A stretch of DNA of 64,000 nt from Gemmatimonadaceae bacterium. GTDB taxonomy: Bacteria; Gemmatimonadota; Gemmatimonadetes; Gemmatimonadales; Gemmatimonadaceae. The DNA lies in NCBI GenBank assembly GCA_035535975.1, contig DATLPC010000098.1, positions 16,859 to 80,858 on the forward strand. The letters are read 5' to 3'. Position numbers and translations under genes: made by a program. The notes beneath the pieces were generated by a model that saw nothing but the letters and a program-made list of their open reading frames with translations, was not told where the DNA came from and searched no databases. Below, piece by piece: positions 1 to 8,917 of the stretch (its first letter is position 1; every line of letters begins with the position of its first letter).

Positions 1-749
1 CAAATCGCCGAGCCGCTCGAACCACACGACGATGGGTCGATCAAACCCGCGCGATCGCTGCAGAGCGAGTTCCAAATCCGAACGACGGAGCCGGTGCCCG
101 CATCGAGGACCGCGATGTGCCCCTGATACGGCGGCGCGTCGCCGATGTAGCCGCCCGTGACCGCGATGACGTGACCGCGGGAGAAGTTCAGCGCCGACGC
201 GATCTTCTCACGCGTCGGCAGCAGCGTGATGGGAGTGCTCCACTGGGCGTGCCCGTCGGAGACGGCGAGCTTCTGAATCCGGCCGTCCGGCGACGCGGCG
301 TAGATCGCGCTGCGGTCCGGGTCGGCGACGGGAGTCGCCGTCGTGATTCGATACGAGCCCGACCACTGCGAGTAATTCGGCGGCGTGTACTCCCAGAGAA
401 TCGAACCGTTGTTGGCGTCGATCGCGATCGTCTTGCCGTACGTCGTCGTCACGAAGAAGACGTCATGCTGCGCGCCGCCGACGCCGACGTCGTGCAGGTA
501 AATCGCCGCCGCGTCGACGGTGCCGTCGAGCGCGACCTGCTGGCGTTGCATCGACGCCAGTGAATCGGCGGTGATGCCGGTCGGCGCGTTGAAGACCCCC
601 GACCGGCCTTCGTCGACATTGAAACGAATCCAGTCATGTCCGTTAGCGACGACCGGCGGTGCGCTGCCTGACGACGAGTCTGTGCTCGGCGACTTCGTTG
701 ACGTCTCGCAGGCAACGGCGAGAGCGAGGACCGCGGCGAATCGAAGCAT
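1..749 (-). CDS. PQQ-like/beta-propeller repeat lipoprotein (BamB/YVTN-like); N-terminal part only, gene runs off the window start
   Basis: Absent from the ORF track because there is no stop inside the window. My minus-strand translation from ATG 749..747 gives MLRFAAVLALAVACETSTKSPSTDSS (signal peptide plus lipobox LAVAC). Blade-like repeats follow: FFVTTTYGKTIAIDANNGSILWEY, IYAASPDGRIQKLAVSDGHAQW, HVIAVTGGYIGD. The frame stays open to base 1 and third positions are G/C-rich. Confidence 0.6.
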   Translation of the reverse strand, partial: MLRFAAVLALAVACETSTKSPSTDSSSGSAPPVVANGHDWIRFNVDEGRSGVFNAPTGITADSLASMQRQQVALDGTVDAAAIYLHDVGVGGAQHDVFFVTTTYGKTIAIDANNGSILWEYTPPNYSQWSGSYRITTATPVADPDRSAIYAASPDGRIQKLAVSDGHAQWSTPITLLPTREKIASALNFSRGHVIAVTGGYIGDAPPYQGHIAVLDAGTGSVVRIWNSLCSDRAGLIDPSSCGSSGSAI

Positions 750-754
750 GACAG

Positions 755-1774
755 CTAGAACAGCGTCTCCTGCGGTGTCTGCGGCGTGAAGCCGAAATGG
801 CGGTACGCTTGCGGCGTCGCCACGCGCCCGCGCGGTGTGCGCTGCAAGAAGCCATGCTGCACGAGAAAGGGCTCGTACACTTCCTCGATCGTGTTCGGAT
901 CTTCCGCGATCGCCGCGCCGATTGTGCCGATGCCGACCGGGCCGCCGTCGAACTTTTCGATGATCGTCTTGATGATCCGCGCGTCCATGTCGTCGAGCCC
1001 AAAGGTGTCGACGTCGAGCAGCGCGAGGGCCTGGTTGGCGATCTCCAGCGTGATCATCCCGTTGCCCTTCACCTGCGCGTAGTCGCGTACTCTGCGAAGC
1101 AGTCGATTTGCCACCCGCGGCGTTCCTCGGGCCCGCCGGGCGATCTCAGTGGCGCCCGCGCCGTCGATCCCGACGTTCAAGACCTCGGCGGTTCGCCGCA
1201 CGATCAGCTCGAGGTCCTCGGCGGGGTAAAAATTCAGGCGCTGCTCGATGCCGAAGCGCGCGCGCATCGGCGGGGTGAGCAGGCCGAGCCGCGTCGTCGC
1301 GCCGATGAGCGTGAACTTCTCGATCGGCATCGTGATCGTCTGCGCCTTCGGGCCTTCGGACAACCGGATATCGATGCGGTAGTCCTCCATCGCCGGATAG
1401 AGAAACTCCTCGATGATGGGCTTGAGGCGATGGATCTCGTCGATGAACAGGATGTCGCCGTCGCGCATGTTCGTCAGCGTCGAGACGAGATCGCCGGGCT
1501 TCTCGAGCGCGGGACCGGAGCTCGTCCGGATATTCACGCCAAGCTCGCGCGCGATCAGCTCGGCGAGCGTCGTCTTGCCGAGTCCCGGCGGACCGAAGAA
1601 CAGTGTGTGATCGAGCGGCTCGCGACGCGCCAACGCGGCGTCGATGTAGATCCGGAGGCTCTCTTTGACTTTCTGTTGCCCGATGAACTCAGACAGGCGC
1701 TGCGGGCGCAGCGATAGCTCGACGACCGATTCCTCGGCGATGACTTCCGGCGTGGTGATTTCGGCTCGTGTCAT
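755..1774 (-). CDS. ruvB: Holliday junction branch migration DNA helicase RuvB
   Basis: 339-aa ORF with Walker [11 protein letters not shown]-terminal [19 protein letters not shown] and DEIHRL are colinear with RuvB along the full length. Confidence 0.95.
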   Translation of the reverse strand: MTRAEITTPEVIAEESVVELSLRPQRLSEFIGQQKVKESLRIYIDAALARREPLDHTLFFGPPGLGKTTLAELIARELGVNIRTSSGPALEKPGDLVSTLTNMRDGDILFIDEIHRLKPIIEEFLYPAMEDYRIDIRLSEGPKAQTITMPIEKFTLIGATTRLGLLTPPMRARFGIEQRLNFYPAEDLELIVRRTAEVLNVGIDGAGATEIARRARGTPRVANRLLRRVRDYAQVKGNGMITLEIANQALALLDVDTFGLDDMDARIIKTIIEKFDGGPVGIGTIGAAIAEDPNTIEEVYEPFLVQHGFLQRTPRGRVATPQAYRHFGFTPQTPQETLF

Positions 1775-1883
1775 TCCTTCACACTACCAGGCGGGGGATG
1801 AAAGGCCAATGCGCGTCGGCGCTCGTGAAACATACCGAAAAGACGCCGAAAACGCCGAACATTGCTAGAATACTCAGCCCGCT

Positions 1884-2864
1884 ATGAGCCAGATCATCGT
1901 CGAGGAGCTGACCAAGACCTTCCGCGTCGCCGAGCGCCGCGGCGGCCTGTTTGGATTTCTGCGGCGACGCTGGCGCGAAGTCCACGCGCTCCAGCGTGTC
2001 AGCTTCGCGCTCCGCGAAGGTGAGCTGCTCGGCCTGATCGGACCGAATGGGGCGGGGAAGTCGACCACGATCAAGATCCTCTGCGGCATCCTCGAGCCGA
2101 CGAGTGGCCGCTGCGAGGTCGGTGGACTCGTACCCTGGCGCGAGCGCATCCGGCACGTGGCTCGAATCGGCGCCGTTTTTGGTCAGCGCACGCAACTCTG
2201 GTGGGACCTCCCGGTCGCCGACAGCTTCGCATTGTTGCGCGACGTCTACCGCGTGGCGCCCGACGACTATCGGCGCGCCCTCGACGAGCTCATCGCGCTG
2301 CTCGACCTCGAGCGGTTGCTCTCGACGCCGGTTCGCCAACTCTCACTCGGCCAGCGCATGCGGTGCGAGATTGCGGCGAGCATGCTGCACCGGCCGCGCG
2401 TGCTCTTTCTCGACGAGCCAACGATCGGACTCGATGCCGTCGCCAAGCTCGCGGTGCGCGACTTCGTGCGAACCCTCAATCGTGATCGTGGCGTCACCGT
2501 GATTCTCACGACGCACGACATGCACGACGTCGAGGCGCTCGCCGAACGGGTGATGGTGATCGGCAAGGGACAGATCTTGGCCGATGGGACGCTGGCGTCG
2601 CTCCGGCACGACGTGCTCCGCGAGCGGCGACTGCGCGTCCAGTTTGCCGAGGAAATCGGCGATTTCGAGATACCCGGCACGGTGATTCGGCACCGATCCG
2701 GACTCTCCGTCGAGCTCTCGTTCGATCCGCGGCAGACGCCGGCGCACGCACTCATCGCCGACATTGCCGCTCGGTACGACGTCGAGGACGTTCACGTCGA
2801 CGAGCCGCCGATCGACGAAGTCGTCGCGCGCTTCTACGCGCGCCACGAGCTCGAGGCGCGATGA
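1884..2864 (+). CDS. ABC transporter ATP-binding protein (ABC-2 type)
   Basis: Walker A GPNGAGKST, signature LSLGQRMR, Walker B VLFLDEPT. The stop overlaps the start of the next gene. Confidence 0.9.
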   Translation: MSQIIVEELTKTFRVAERRGGLFGFLRRRWREVHALQRVSFALREGELLGLIGPNGAGKSTTIKILCGILEPTSGRCEVGGLVPWRERIRHVARIGAVFGQRTQLWWDLPVADSFALLRDVYRVAPDDYRRALDELIALLDLERLLSTPVRQLSLGQRMRCEIAASMLHRPRVLFLDEPTIGLDAVAKLAVRDFVRTLNRDRGVTVILTTHDMHDVEALAERVMVIGKGQILADGTLASLRHDVLRERRLRVQFAEEIGDFEIPGTVIRHRSGLSVELSFDPRQTPAHALIADIAARYDVEDVHVDEPPIDEVVARFYARHELEAR

Positions 2865-3697
2865 GCGGGAGGGGAAGCCACGCGCTGACGCCGTACGTCG
2901 CGGTCGTCCGCGCGCGCTTCGGCGTGCTGTTGCAGTATCGCGCGGCGGCCATTGCGGGCTTTGTGACGCAATGCTGGTGGGGCGGGATCAAGGTCATGGT
3001 GCTGACGGCGTTCTTTGCCGCGAGCGCCGGCGCGCCGATGACTCTTCCGCAGGCGATCGACTATGTGTGGCTCGGCCAAGCGTTGTTCACGATGCTTCCC
3101 TGGTCGGGTGACCCGGATGTCGCGCGAATGGTTCGGACCGGCGACGTCGCTTATGAGCGCCTGCGCCCTCTCGACACTTATGCGTTCTGGTACTCGCGGG
3201 CCGTTGCGCGGCGAACGGCGAATCCTGCGTTGCGGGCACTTCCGATGCTGCTCACGGCCGGAGTTCTTCTTCGCGTGGTCGGCTGGTCGGCGTATGCATT
3301 GCGCGCGCCGGCGGGCGTCGCGGCGTCGCTACTCTTTGTTGCTTCCATCGCACTCGTCATCGCGCTCTCGGCGGCCGTCTCGGCGCTGATAGACGCGCTG
3401 ACCGTCGCGACGTTGTCGGACCGTGGCGTCACGGTGCTCGTCTCGCCGCTCGTCATCGTGCTCTCGGGGAGCCTGGTGCCGTTGCCGCTTTTCCCCGATT
3501 GGCTGCAGCCGATTCTTCGGAATCAGCCATTCGCCGGATTGATGGACACGCCCTTTCGCATCTACACCGGAAACCTCGCCGCCGGCGGCGCGGTATTCGC
3601 GCTGGCCCGCCAGGCAATCTGGGTGGTCGTCCTGGTGCTCTTGGGGCGGGTCGTCATGGCTCGCGTGATGTCGCGTCTGCAGACGCAAGGTGGTTGA
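2861..3697 (+). CDS. ABC-2 family transporter permease
   Basis: 278-aa polytopic hydrophobic protein, translationally coupled (ATGA) to the upstream ATPase. Confidence 0.75.
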   Translation: MSGRGSHALTPYVAVVRARFGVLLQYRAAAIAGFVTQCWWGGIKVMVLTAFFAASAGAPMTLPQAIDYVWLGQALFTMLPWSGDPDVARMVRTGDVAYERLRPLDTYAFWYSRAVARRTANPALRALPMLLTAGVLLRVVGWSAYALRAPAGVAASLLFVASIALVIALSAAVSALIDALTVATLSDRGVTVLVSPLVIVLSGSLVPLPLFPDWLQPILRNQPFAGLMDTPFRIYTGNLAAGGAVFALARQAIWVVVLVLLGRVVMARVMSRLQTQGG

Positions 3698-3700
3698 GCG

Positions 3701-4489
3701 ATGAATGCGCTCCGTCTGTACGGTCGCTACATCGCGACGTCGATTCGCTCGCAACGCCAATACCCGGCGTCTCTCATCACGACATCGATCGGCGCGTTCG
3801 CGGCGACGATCACCGATTTCGTCGGGATTTGGGCGCTCTTCGCGCGCTTTCGCCGTCTCGAGGGATGGGCATTCGGCGAAGTCGCGTTGCTCTACGGCGT
3901 GGTCAGCGTGTCTTTCGCGCTGGCCGACAGTTTGACGCGCGGCTTCGACGTATTTGGAGAACAGTTCGTCAAAACGGGAGATTTCGATCGGGTTCTCGTG
4001 CGCCCGCGATCGGCGGTTCTCCAGTTACTCGGCTACGAGCTTCGGCTCACGCGAATCGGTCGTCTCGCGCAAGGCGCGTTCGCCTGGGGCGTCGGCGCAC
4101 ACCTGTCAGGGGTGGAGTGGTCGCCGGCGTCGTGGGCCGTTCTGGCGTTCGCCGTGGCGGGAGGCATCGCACTGTTTTCCGGAATTCTCATGGTGCAAGC
4201 GACGCTCGCCTTCTGGACCGTCGAGAGCCTCGAGGTCGCGAACACGCTGACGTACGGCGGGATCGAGGCCGGCCAGTATCCCCTCGACGTCTACGCGCGC
4301 TGGTTCCGGAATTTTCTCGTGTTCGTCGTGCCGATCGGGTGCATCTCATACTTCCCCGTGAGCGTGGTGCTCGGCCGCGTGAACGCTCTGCCGTACGCTT
4401 TCGCCCCCGCATTTGGCTTCGTCTTCCTGGGCATCGCGCTGCGGATTTGGACGTTCGGCGTGCGCCACTACACGTCGACCGGATCCTAA
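3701..4489 (+). CDS. ABC-2 family transporter permease (second subunit)
   Basis: 262-aa hydrophobic protein starting 3 nt after the previous permease. This is the typical ATPase plus two ABC-2 permease arrangement. Confidence 0.75.
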   Translation: MNALRLYGRYIATSIRSQRQYPASLITTSIGAFAATITDFVGIWALFARFRRLEGWAFGEVALLYGVVSVSFALADSLTRGFDVFGEQFVKTGDFDRVLVRPRSAVLQLLGYELRLTRIGRLAQGAFAWGVGAHLSGVEWSPASWAVLAFAVAGGIALFSGILMVQATLAFWTVESLEVANTLTYGGIEAGQYPLDVYARWFRNFLVFVVPIGCISYFPVSVVLGRVNALPYAFAPAFGFVFLGIALRIWTFGVRHYTSTGS

Positions 4490-4656
4490 ACCCGCCCGCA
4501 CAATCCCAACCCCGCCTTAGGGGTCAGACTCCGAAGTTTTTTGATGGGCCAAAACATCGCATTAGGGGTCAGACTCCATTCGGGGGGCCGGGCATCGCGC
4601 TCCGGATTTGGACGTTCGGCGCGCGCCACTACACGTCGACCGGATCCTAAACCCGC
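4429..4656. repeat. 67-bp direct duplication of the permease gene 3' end flanking a 94-bp insert that carries two copies of TTAGGGGTCAGACTCC
   Basis: 4429-4495 and 4590-4656 are identical except for 2 mismatches (gggcatcgcgct[g/c]cggatttggacgttcggcg[t/c]gcgccactacacgtcgaccggatcctaaacccgc). The insert at 4496-4589 has ttaggggtcagactcc at about 4517 and about 4563. Confidence 0.85.
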
Positions 4657-4675
4657 AGCCGCGACACGAAAGCAA

Positions 4676-5551
4676 TTAGGCCAGGAGCTCGCTGACAGAC
4701 TCGATCGTCGGATCCTGTCGGGGCTGGGGCCGCGTCACTCCGACCCGCAGGCGATTGGCGATCGAGACATCGTTGACGGCGTCCGCAACGCCGGTCGGCA
4801 GTTTGGCGAAGCGAGCGTAGAGCTTCGCGAGATCGACGTTCAGCCTCCCGATTCCTTCGATCTCCATGCGAGCGATGTGTAGTCGGCTGGCGGTGCCCGG
4901 GCGGTCGAGACGCCAATGCCGGCGAGCGACCATCGTGTCGATGACCGGCTTCTCTTGTTCAACGGACGACGCCACCAGCGGCCGGTACCACGTCAGAAAG
5001 TCGAACGCCCGTCCCCGCTCGACGACAATCGCCGCGCCCCAGCCGTCCTGCGACCATCCACCCGTGATCAGCTTCTTGTTGCGAAAGTATGGGTTGATGC
5101 ATTCGCCGCGGCTCGTCGGAAAGACCAAGACCTCGCCGGGTTCCCACAGAAACGGTTGCGGCCGCTGAAGCATTCGACCGCGTTTCACCTCAGCCGGCGA
5201 CAGAAGGCGCGCGCGAAGCTCGGCGAGGTTTTGCGAGCGCCTCCGGCGGTCGCGGTCGGGCATTCCGAGCTGCGCCATGACCTCCAAGTCGCGTCCCGAA
5301 TCGATGATCTCGAGCGCCGCTTCGCGCGCGCGCGACGAATGCACGCCGCGCCGCGCCAGTTGGTCCGCGACGACGAGCCAGAAGATCGTGTGGTCGGCGT
5401 CGTCCGCATTGGTCGCCGACGGACGCTCGACGTCGACGAGGAGATCGACGAGCTTCTCCGCGTCGAACGGCAGCCGGGCGACTACGGCGACTGTGCGTCG
5501 TAGATCAGCCGCAAAATCCCCGGAGTAGAGAGATGAACCCCAGCTGCCCAC
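4676..5551 (-). CDS. hypothetical protein with DUF4259-like N-terminus
   Basis: 291-aa ORF with coding-like G/C third positions. The N-terminus MGSWGSSLYSGDFAADL resembles the MGxWG..DND.A.D start of DUF4259 proteins. The rest is unassigned. Confidence 0.5.
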   Translation of the reverse strand: MGSWGSSLYSGDFAADLRRTVAVVARLPFDAEKLVDLLVDVERPSATNADDADHTIFWLVVADQLARRGVHSSRAREAALEIIDSGRDLEVMAQLGMPDRDRRRRSQNLAELRARLLSPAEVKRGRMLQRPQPFLWEPGEVLVFPTSRGECINPYFRNKKLITGGWSQDGWGAAIVVERGRAFDFLTWYRPLVASSVEQEKPVIDTMVARRHWRLDRPGTASRLHIARMEIEGIGRLNVDLAKLYARFAKLPTGVADAVNDVSIANRLRVGVTRPQPRQDPTIESVSELLA

Positions 5552-5563
5552 CGCGGACCTCGC

Positions 5564-6751
5564 TCAAACGTGGGCGCGCAACCTCGACAGCCGTTCCGCC
5601 GCGTCCTCGAGCGTCTCTTGCTTCTTGCAGAAGGCGAAGCGGGTGAACTTTCGCCCGTCCTCCTTCTTCGAGTAGAAGCTCGAGCCCGGAACCGTCGCGA
5701 CGCCGATTTCCTGCGTCATCCACTTGGCGAACGTCACGTCGTCGAGATCGCTCAGCGGCGAGAAGTCGGCGAGCACGAAATACGAGCCTTCGGGGAGCGC
5801 GAACTCGAAGCCCTGCTCCTTGAGCACCGCGCAGAGGAAATCGCGTCGGGCTTTGTAGCCCGCCGCGAACTGGTTGTAATAATCGGCACCGAATGCGAAG
5901 CCGACGGCTGCCGCGGTCTGCAACGGAGCTGGGGCACCGACGGTGAGGAAGTCGTGCACCTTGCGGATCGGGCCGGTCTGGGCGGGCGGCGCGATGATCC
6001 AGCCGATGCGCCAGCCGGTGCAGCTGTACGTCTTGGAGAGCGACGAGATCGTGATCGTTCGCTCACGCATCCCCGGCCACGTGGCGATCTCGTGGTGATG
6101 TCCCTTGTACACCATGTGCTCGTACGGCGCGTCGGTGATCGCCCACGCGTCGTGCTCGATGCACAAATTGGCGATGAGCGACATCTCGTCGCGCGTCAGT
6201 ACGCGGCCCGTCGGGTTGTGCGGCGTGTTGACGATGATCGCCTTCGTGCGCGACGTGAACGCCTTGCGCAGCTTGTCCGGATCGAGCGACCAGTTGGGCT
6301 GATCGAGCGGCACGAACACGGGATTCGCGCCCGCCAGAATTGCGTCGGGACCATAATTCTCATAAAACGGCTCGGGAACGATCACTTCGTCCCCCGGCTC
6401 CATCAGCGCCATGAACACGGACGCCATCGCCTCCGTCGCGCCGCACGTCACCGTCACGTGCGCGTCGGGATCGACCTCCATGTTGTAGAAGCGCCGGTAC
6501 TTCTCGGCGATCGCCTGACGCAGCACCGGCGTGCCCCACGTGACCGCGTATTGGTTGATGTCGGCGTTGATCGCGGTACACGCGGCTGCTTTCATGACCT
6601 CCGGCATCGGGAAGTCGGGGAAGCCTTGCGCGAGATTGACCGCGTTATGCATGGACGCGATGCGGGTCATCTCGCGGATGACGGATTCGGTGAACGTCGC
6701 GGTTCGTCGAGCAGCAAGCACAGTCTTATCCTCGAATTTTGCCAAGGGCAC
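5564..6751 (-). CDS. class I/II PLP-dependent aminotransferase (YbdL/kynurenine-aminotransferase-like)
   Basis: 395 aa with NLAQGFPDFP, QYAVTWGTP, CGATEA and SLSKTYSCTGWRIGW (PLP-lysine motif). The listed start overlaps the ruvA stop by 26 nt. An in-frame GTG at 6721 is an alternative start. Confidence 0.85.
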   Translation of the reverse strand: MPLAKFEDKTVLAARRTATFTESVIREMTRIASMHNAVNLAQGFPDFPMPEVMKAAACTAINADINQYAVTWGTPVLRQAIAEKYRRFYNMEVDPDAHVTVTCGATEAMASVFMALMEPGDEVIVPEPFYENYGPDAILAGANPVFVPLDQPNWSLDPDKLRKAFTSRTKAIIVNTPHNPTGRVLTRDEMSLIANLCIEHDAWAITDAPYEHMVYKGHHHEIATWPGMRERTITISSLSKTYSCTGWRIGWIIAPPAQTGPIRKVHDFLTVGAPAPLQTAAAVGFAFGADYYNQFAAGYKARRDFLCAVLKEQGFEFALPEGSYFVLADFSPLSDLDDVTFAKWMTQEIGVATVPGSSFYSKKEDGRKFTRFAFCKKQETLEDAAERLSRLRAHV

Positions 6752-7337
6752 GTCGGATCAAGTCCGCCGCCCCCGAGCCGGTTCCTGCTTCATCGATCGC
6801 CTGGCGCACCGCCCGTTCGGCGTCGCCCGTTGAGTAGCCCAGGGACACGAGCGCGCGAATGGCGTCTTCAGCCCCCGCACCTTCCGGCCGCGGAGCGCCC
6901 CCTCCCCCGAAGCCGGGAAGGGAAACTTGCAGGTCGTCGAGCTTGTCGGCGAGGTCCAAGATCAGTTGTTCGGCCTTCTTTCGACCTACGCGCGGGACAC
7001 TCTGGAGCGTTGCGAGGTCCTTGTCGCGGAGCGCTCGAACCAGCCGTTCGGCGGTCAGTGTCGAAAGAAGCCCGAGCGCCAGCGCCGGGCCGACACCCTT
7101 GGCGTTGAGCACGCGCTGGAAGACTCGCTTCTCGAATCCGTTGGCAAAGCCGAAGAGCTGCCAGCCGTCTTCCTTGACGACGAGATGCGAATGCAGCGAA
7201 ACCGTCTCTCCGGCGCGCGGTAGCGACTCGTAAACCCCGAGCGGGATCGCCAGCTCGTACGCGACGCCGCCGGGGGTCATGATCTCGACGCGATCGAGGT
7301 CTTTGCTGAGCAGTGTTCCGCTGACGTGCGCGATCAC
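6726..7337 (-). CDS. ruvA: Holliday junction DNA helicase subunit RuvA
   Basis: 203 aa. MIAHVSGTL...GVAYEL at the N-terminus, the HhH region VLNAKGVGPALALGLLS and a C-terminal domain, positioned directly after ruvC. Confidence 0.9.
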   Translation of the reverse strand: MIAHVSGTLLSKDLDRVEIMTPGGVAYELAIPLGVYESLPRAGETVSLHSHLVVKEDGWQLFGFANGFEKRVFQRVLNAKGVGPALALGLLSTLTAERLVRALRDKDLATLQSVPRVGRKKAEQLILDLADKLDDLQVSLPGFGGGGAPRPEGAGAEDAIRALVSLGYSTGDAERAVRQAIDEAGTGSGAADLIRRALGKIRG

Positions 7338-7849
7338 AATCGGGCGGCTCGAGCGCGAATGCCCTTGATCGACGGCGCGCGAATGGCCATCAGACAGGCC
7401 AGAGCCGCGGCGACCCCATCGGCGGCGTCGGACGGTTGAGGAACCGATTTGAGTCTGAGCAGCCGCATCAACATGAACTGCACTTGCTCCTTCGTCGCCG
7501 CGCCCGTCCCGACGACCGCCTTTTTGATCTCGGCGGGCGGAATCTCGTGGATGTCGACGTTCGCCCTGCGTCCGGCCAGCAACACGACGCCGCGCGCATG
7601 TCCCAAGACAACCGTCGTCCGGACATTCTTGGCGTAGAACACGTCCTCGACCGAGAGGGCGTCGGGCCGGTGGCGCGCGATCAGCTCGGAGACGCCTTCA
7701 AAGATCTCGAATAGCCTGTCGGCGAGTGGATCGCGCGGTTTGGTCCGGATCACGCCGCATTCGACAAGGGAGACGAGCCCGAGCCCGTCTCCCTCTACGA
7801 CACCGTAGCCGGTGTTCGCTGTTCCCGGATCGATGCCGAGGATGATCAC
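7334..7849 (-). CDS. ruvC: crossover junction endodeoxyribonuclease RuvC
   Basis: 171 aa starting MIILGIDPGTANTGYGVVE. The stop overlaps the ruvA start. Confidence 0.95.
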   Translation of the reverse strand: MIILGIDPGTANTGYGVVEGDGLGLVSLVECGVIRTKPRDPLADRLFEIFEGVSELIARHRPDALSVEDVFYAKNVRTTVVLGHARGVVLLAGRRANVDIHEIPPAEIKKAVVGTGAATKEQVQFMLMRLLRLKSVPQPSDAADGVAAALACLMAIRAPSIKGIRARAARL

Positions 7850-7865
7850 TCGGCTGTGGACCGCA

Positions 7866-8615
7866 TCATCCGTCGGCCCTCGCCATCTCGCTCACGTCCA
7901 TGTCGAAGTTGGCCCAGACCTTCTGGACGTCGTCGAGCTCCTCGAGGGTCTCAAGCAGCTTGAGGAGGGAATCGCCTTCCTTGCCGCCGATCTGAATGGT
8001 GTTCTTCGGTACCATGGCGAGCTCGGCTTCGACGACCTGGACGCCCTTGCCCTTGAGCGCTTCCTGCACGGAGTGGAAATCGCCCGGCGTGGTCGAGATG
8101 AGGAACCGATCGTCCTCGCGCTGCACATCCTCGGCGCCGGCATCGAGCGCCTTCTCCATCAACGAATCCTCGTCGATTTTCGACGCGTCGACGTAGACCT
8201 GACCCTTCTTCTCGAACATCCAGGCGACCGAATTCGGCGTCCCGAGGTTGCCCCCGAGCCGCGACATCTTGCTGCGAACCTCGGCGACGGTGCGGGTCGG
8301 GTTGTCGGTCACCGCATCGATCAGCAGCGCGACGCCACCAGGGCCGTAGCCCTCGTACGTGACCTCGTGGTAATCGACACCCTCGAGCTCGCCCGTGCCC
8401 TTTTTGACCGCTCGCTCGATGTTCTCCTTGGGCATGGAGTTCGAGCGGGCCGTGTCGATGGCGAGCCTGAGGCGCGGATTCCCCGACGGATCACCGCCGC
8501 CGATTTTGGCGGCCATGGTGATTTCACGAATCAGCTTCGTGAACAGTGCACCACGCTTGGCGTCAGCAGCCGCCTTGTAGTGCTTGATTTGCTTCCATTT
8601 ACTATGACCGGCCAT
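7866..8615 (-). CDS. YebC/PmpR family DNA-binding transcriptional regulator
   Basis: The internal Met of the 366-aa ORF gives MAGHSKWKQIKHYKAAADAKRGALFTKLIREI, the canonical family N-terminus (ATG at 8615..8613). The upstream 117 codons are Arg-rich and lie in a repeat region. Confidence 0.9.
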   Translation of the reverse strand: MAGHSKWKQIKHYKAAADAKRGALFTKLIREITMAAKIGGGDPSGNPRLRLAIDTARSNSMPKENIERAVKKGTGELEGVDYHEVTYEGYGPGGVALLIDAVTDNPTRTVAEVRSKMSRLGGNLGTPNSVAWMFEKKGQVYVDASKIDEDSLMEKALDAGAEDVQREDDRFLISTTPGDFHSVQEALKGKGVQVVEAELAMVPKNTIQIGGKEGDSLLKLLETLEELDDVQKVWANFDMDVSEMARADG

Positions 8616-8687
8616 AAGCGAAGGCAAAGGACAAGTACAATATACCGCCCGGAGAGGCGGACGGCGCGAACCGCTGACGGCGCGGGG

Positions 8688-8905
8688 GCCGAACTTCGCG
8701 GCTCCCGAACGGCGCAGGATCCAACCACGGGGCAGCGAGCGTGAACAGCGTCGCGTTCTTAGGCGTGCGTCGTCCTCGGGTTCTGCCCTTGCGACCGTTT
8801 GGCAGCCGCGCCGTTCGGGAGCCGCGAAGTTCGGCAGCCGCGAAGTTCGCACTGCGCAACCCCCACGAAGTTCGCACTGCGCCCCCCGCGAAGTTCGCAC
8901 TGCGC
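8688..8905. repeat. Perfect 28-bp inverted repeat pair (MITE-like) followed by three tandem CGAAGTTCGCACTGCGC units
   Basis: 8688-8715 gccgaacttcgcggctcccgaacggcgc is the exact reverse complement of 8808-8835, with a 92-bp spacer. cgaagttcgcactgcgc recurs at 8841, 8866 and 8889 (periods 25 and 23), with a partial copy at 8825. Confidence 0.8.
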
Positions 8906-8917
8906 TTCCCCCGCCCT

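Noticed and set aside
1864-1871. An extended -10-like TGCTAGAAT 12 nt upstream of the ABC ATPase start, as evidence for a leaderless transcript
   Set aside because: There is no matching -35 element, and the promoter consensus of this lineage is unknown. The evidence is too weak to list as a feature.
5570-7108. 512-aa plus-strand ORF, and similar long ORFs at 12850..14628 (-), 30788..32788 (+), 52007..53938 (-), 55539..57272 (-), 61497..63155 (+), 22144..23550 (-), 10839..11906 (-), 18922..20295 (+) and 3499..4650 (+)
   Set aside because: All lie antisense or out of frame to genes with clear family motifs. Their products are Arg/Ala/Gly/Pro-rich low-complexity strings with no motifs. This is the usual shadow-ORF artefact of GC-rich DNA.
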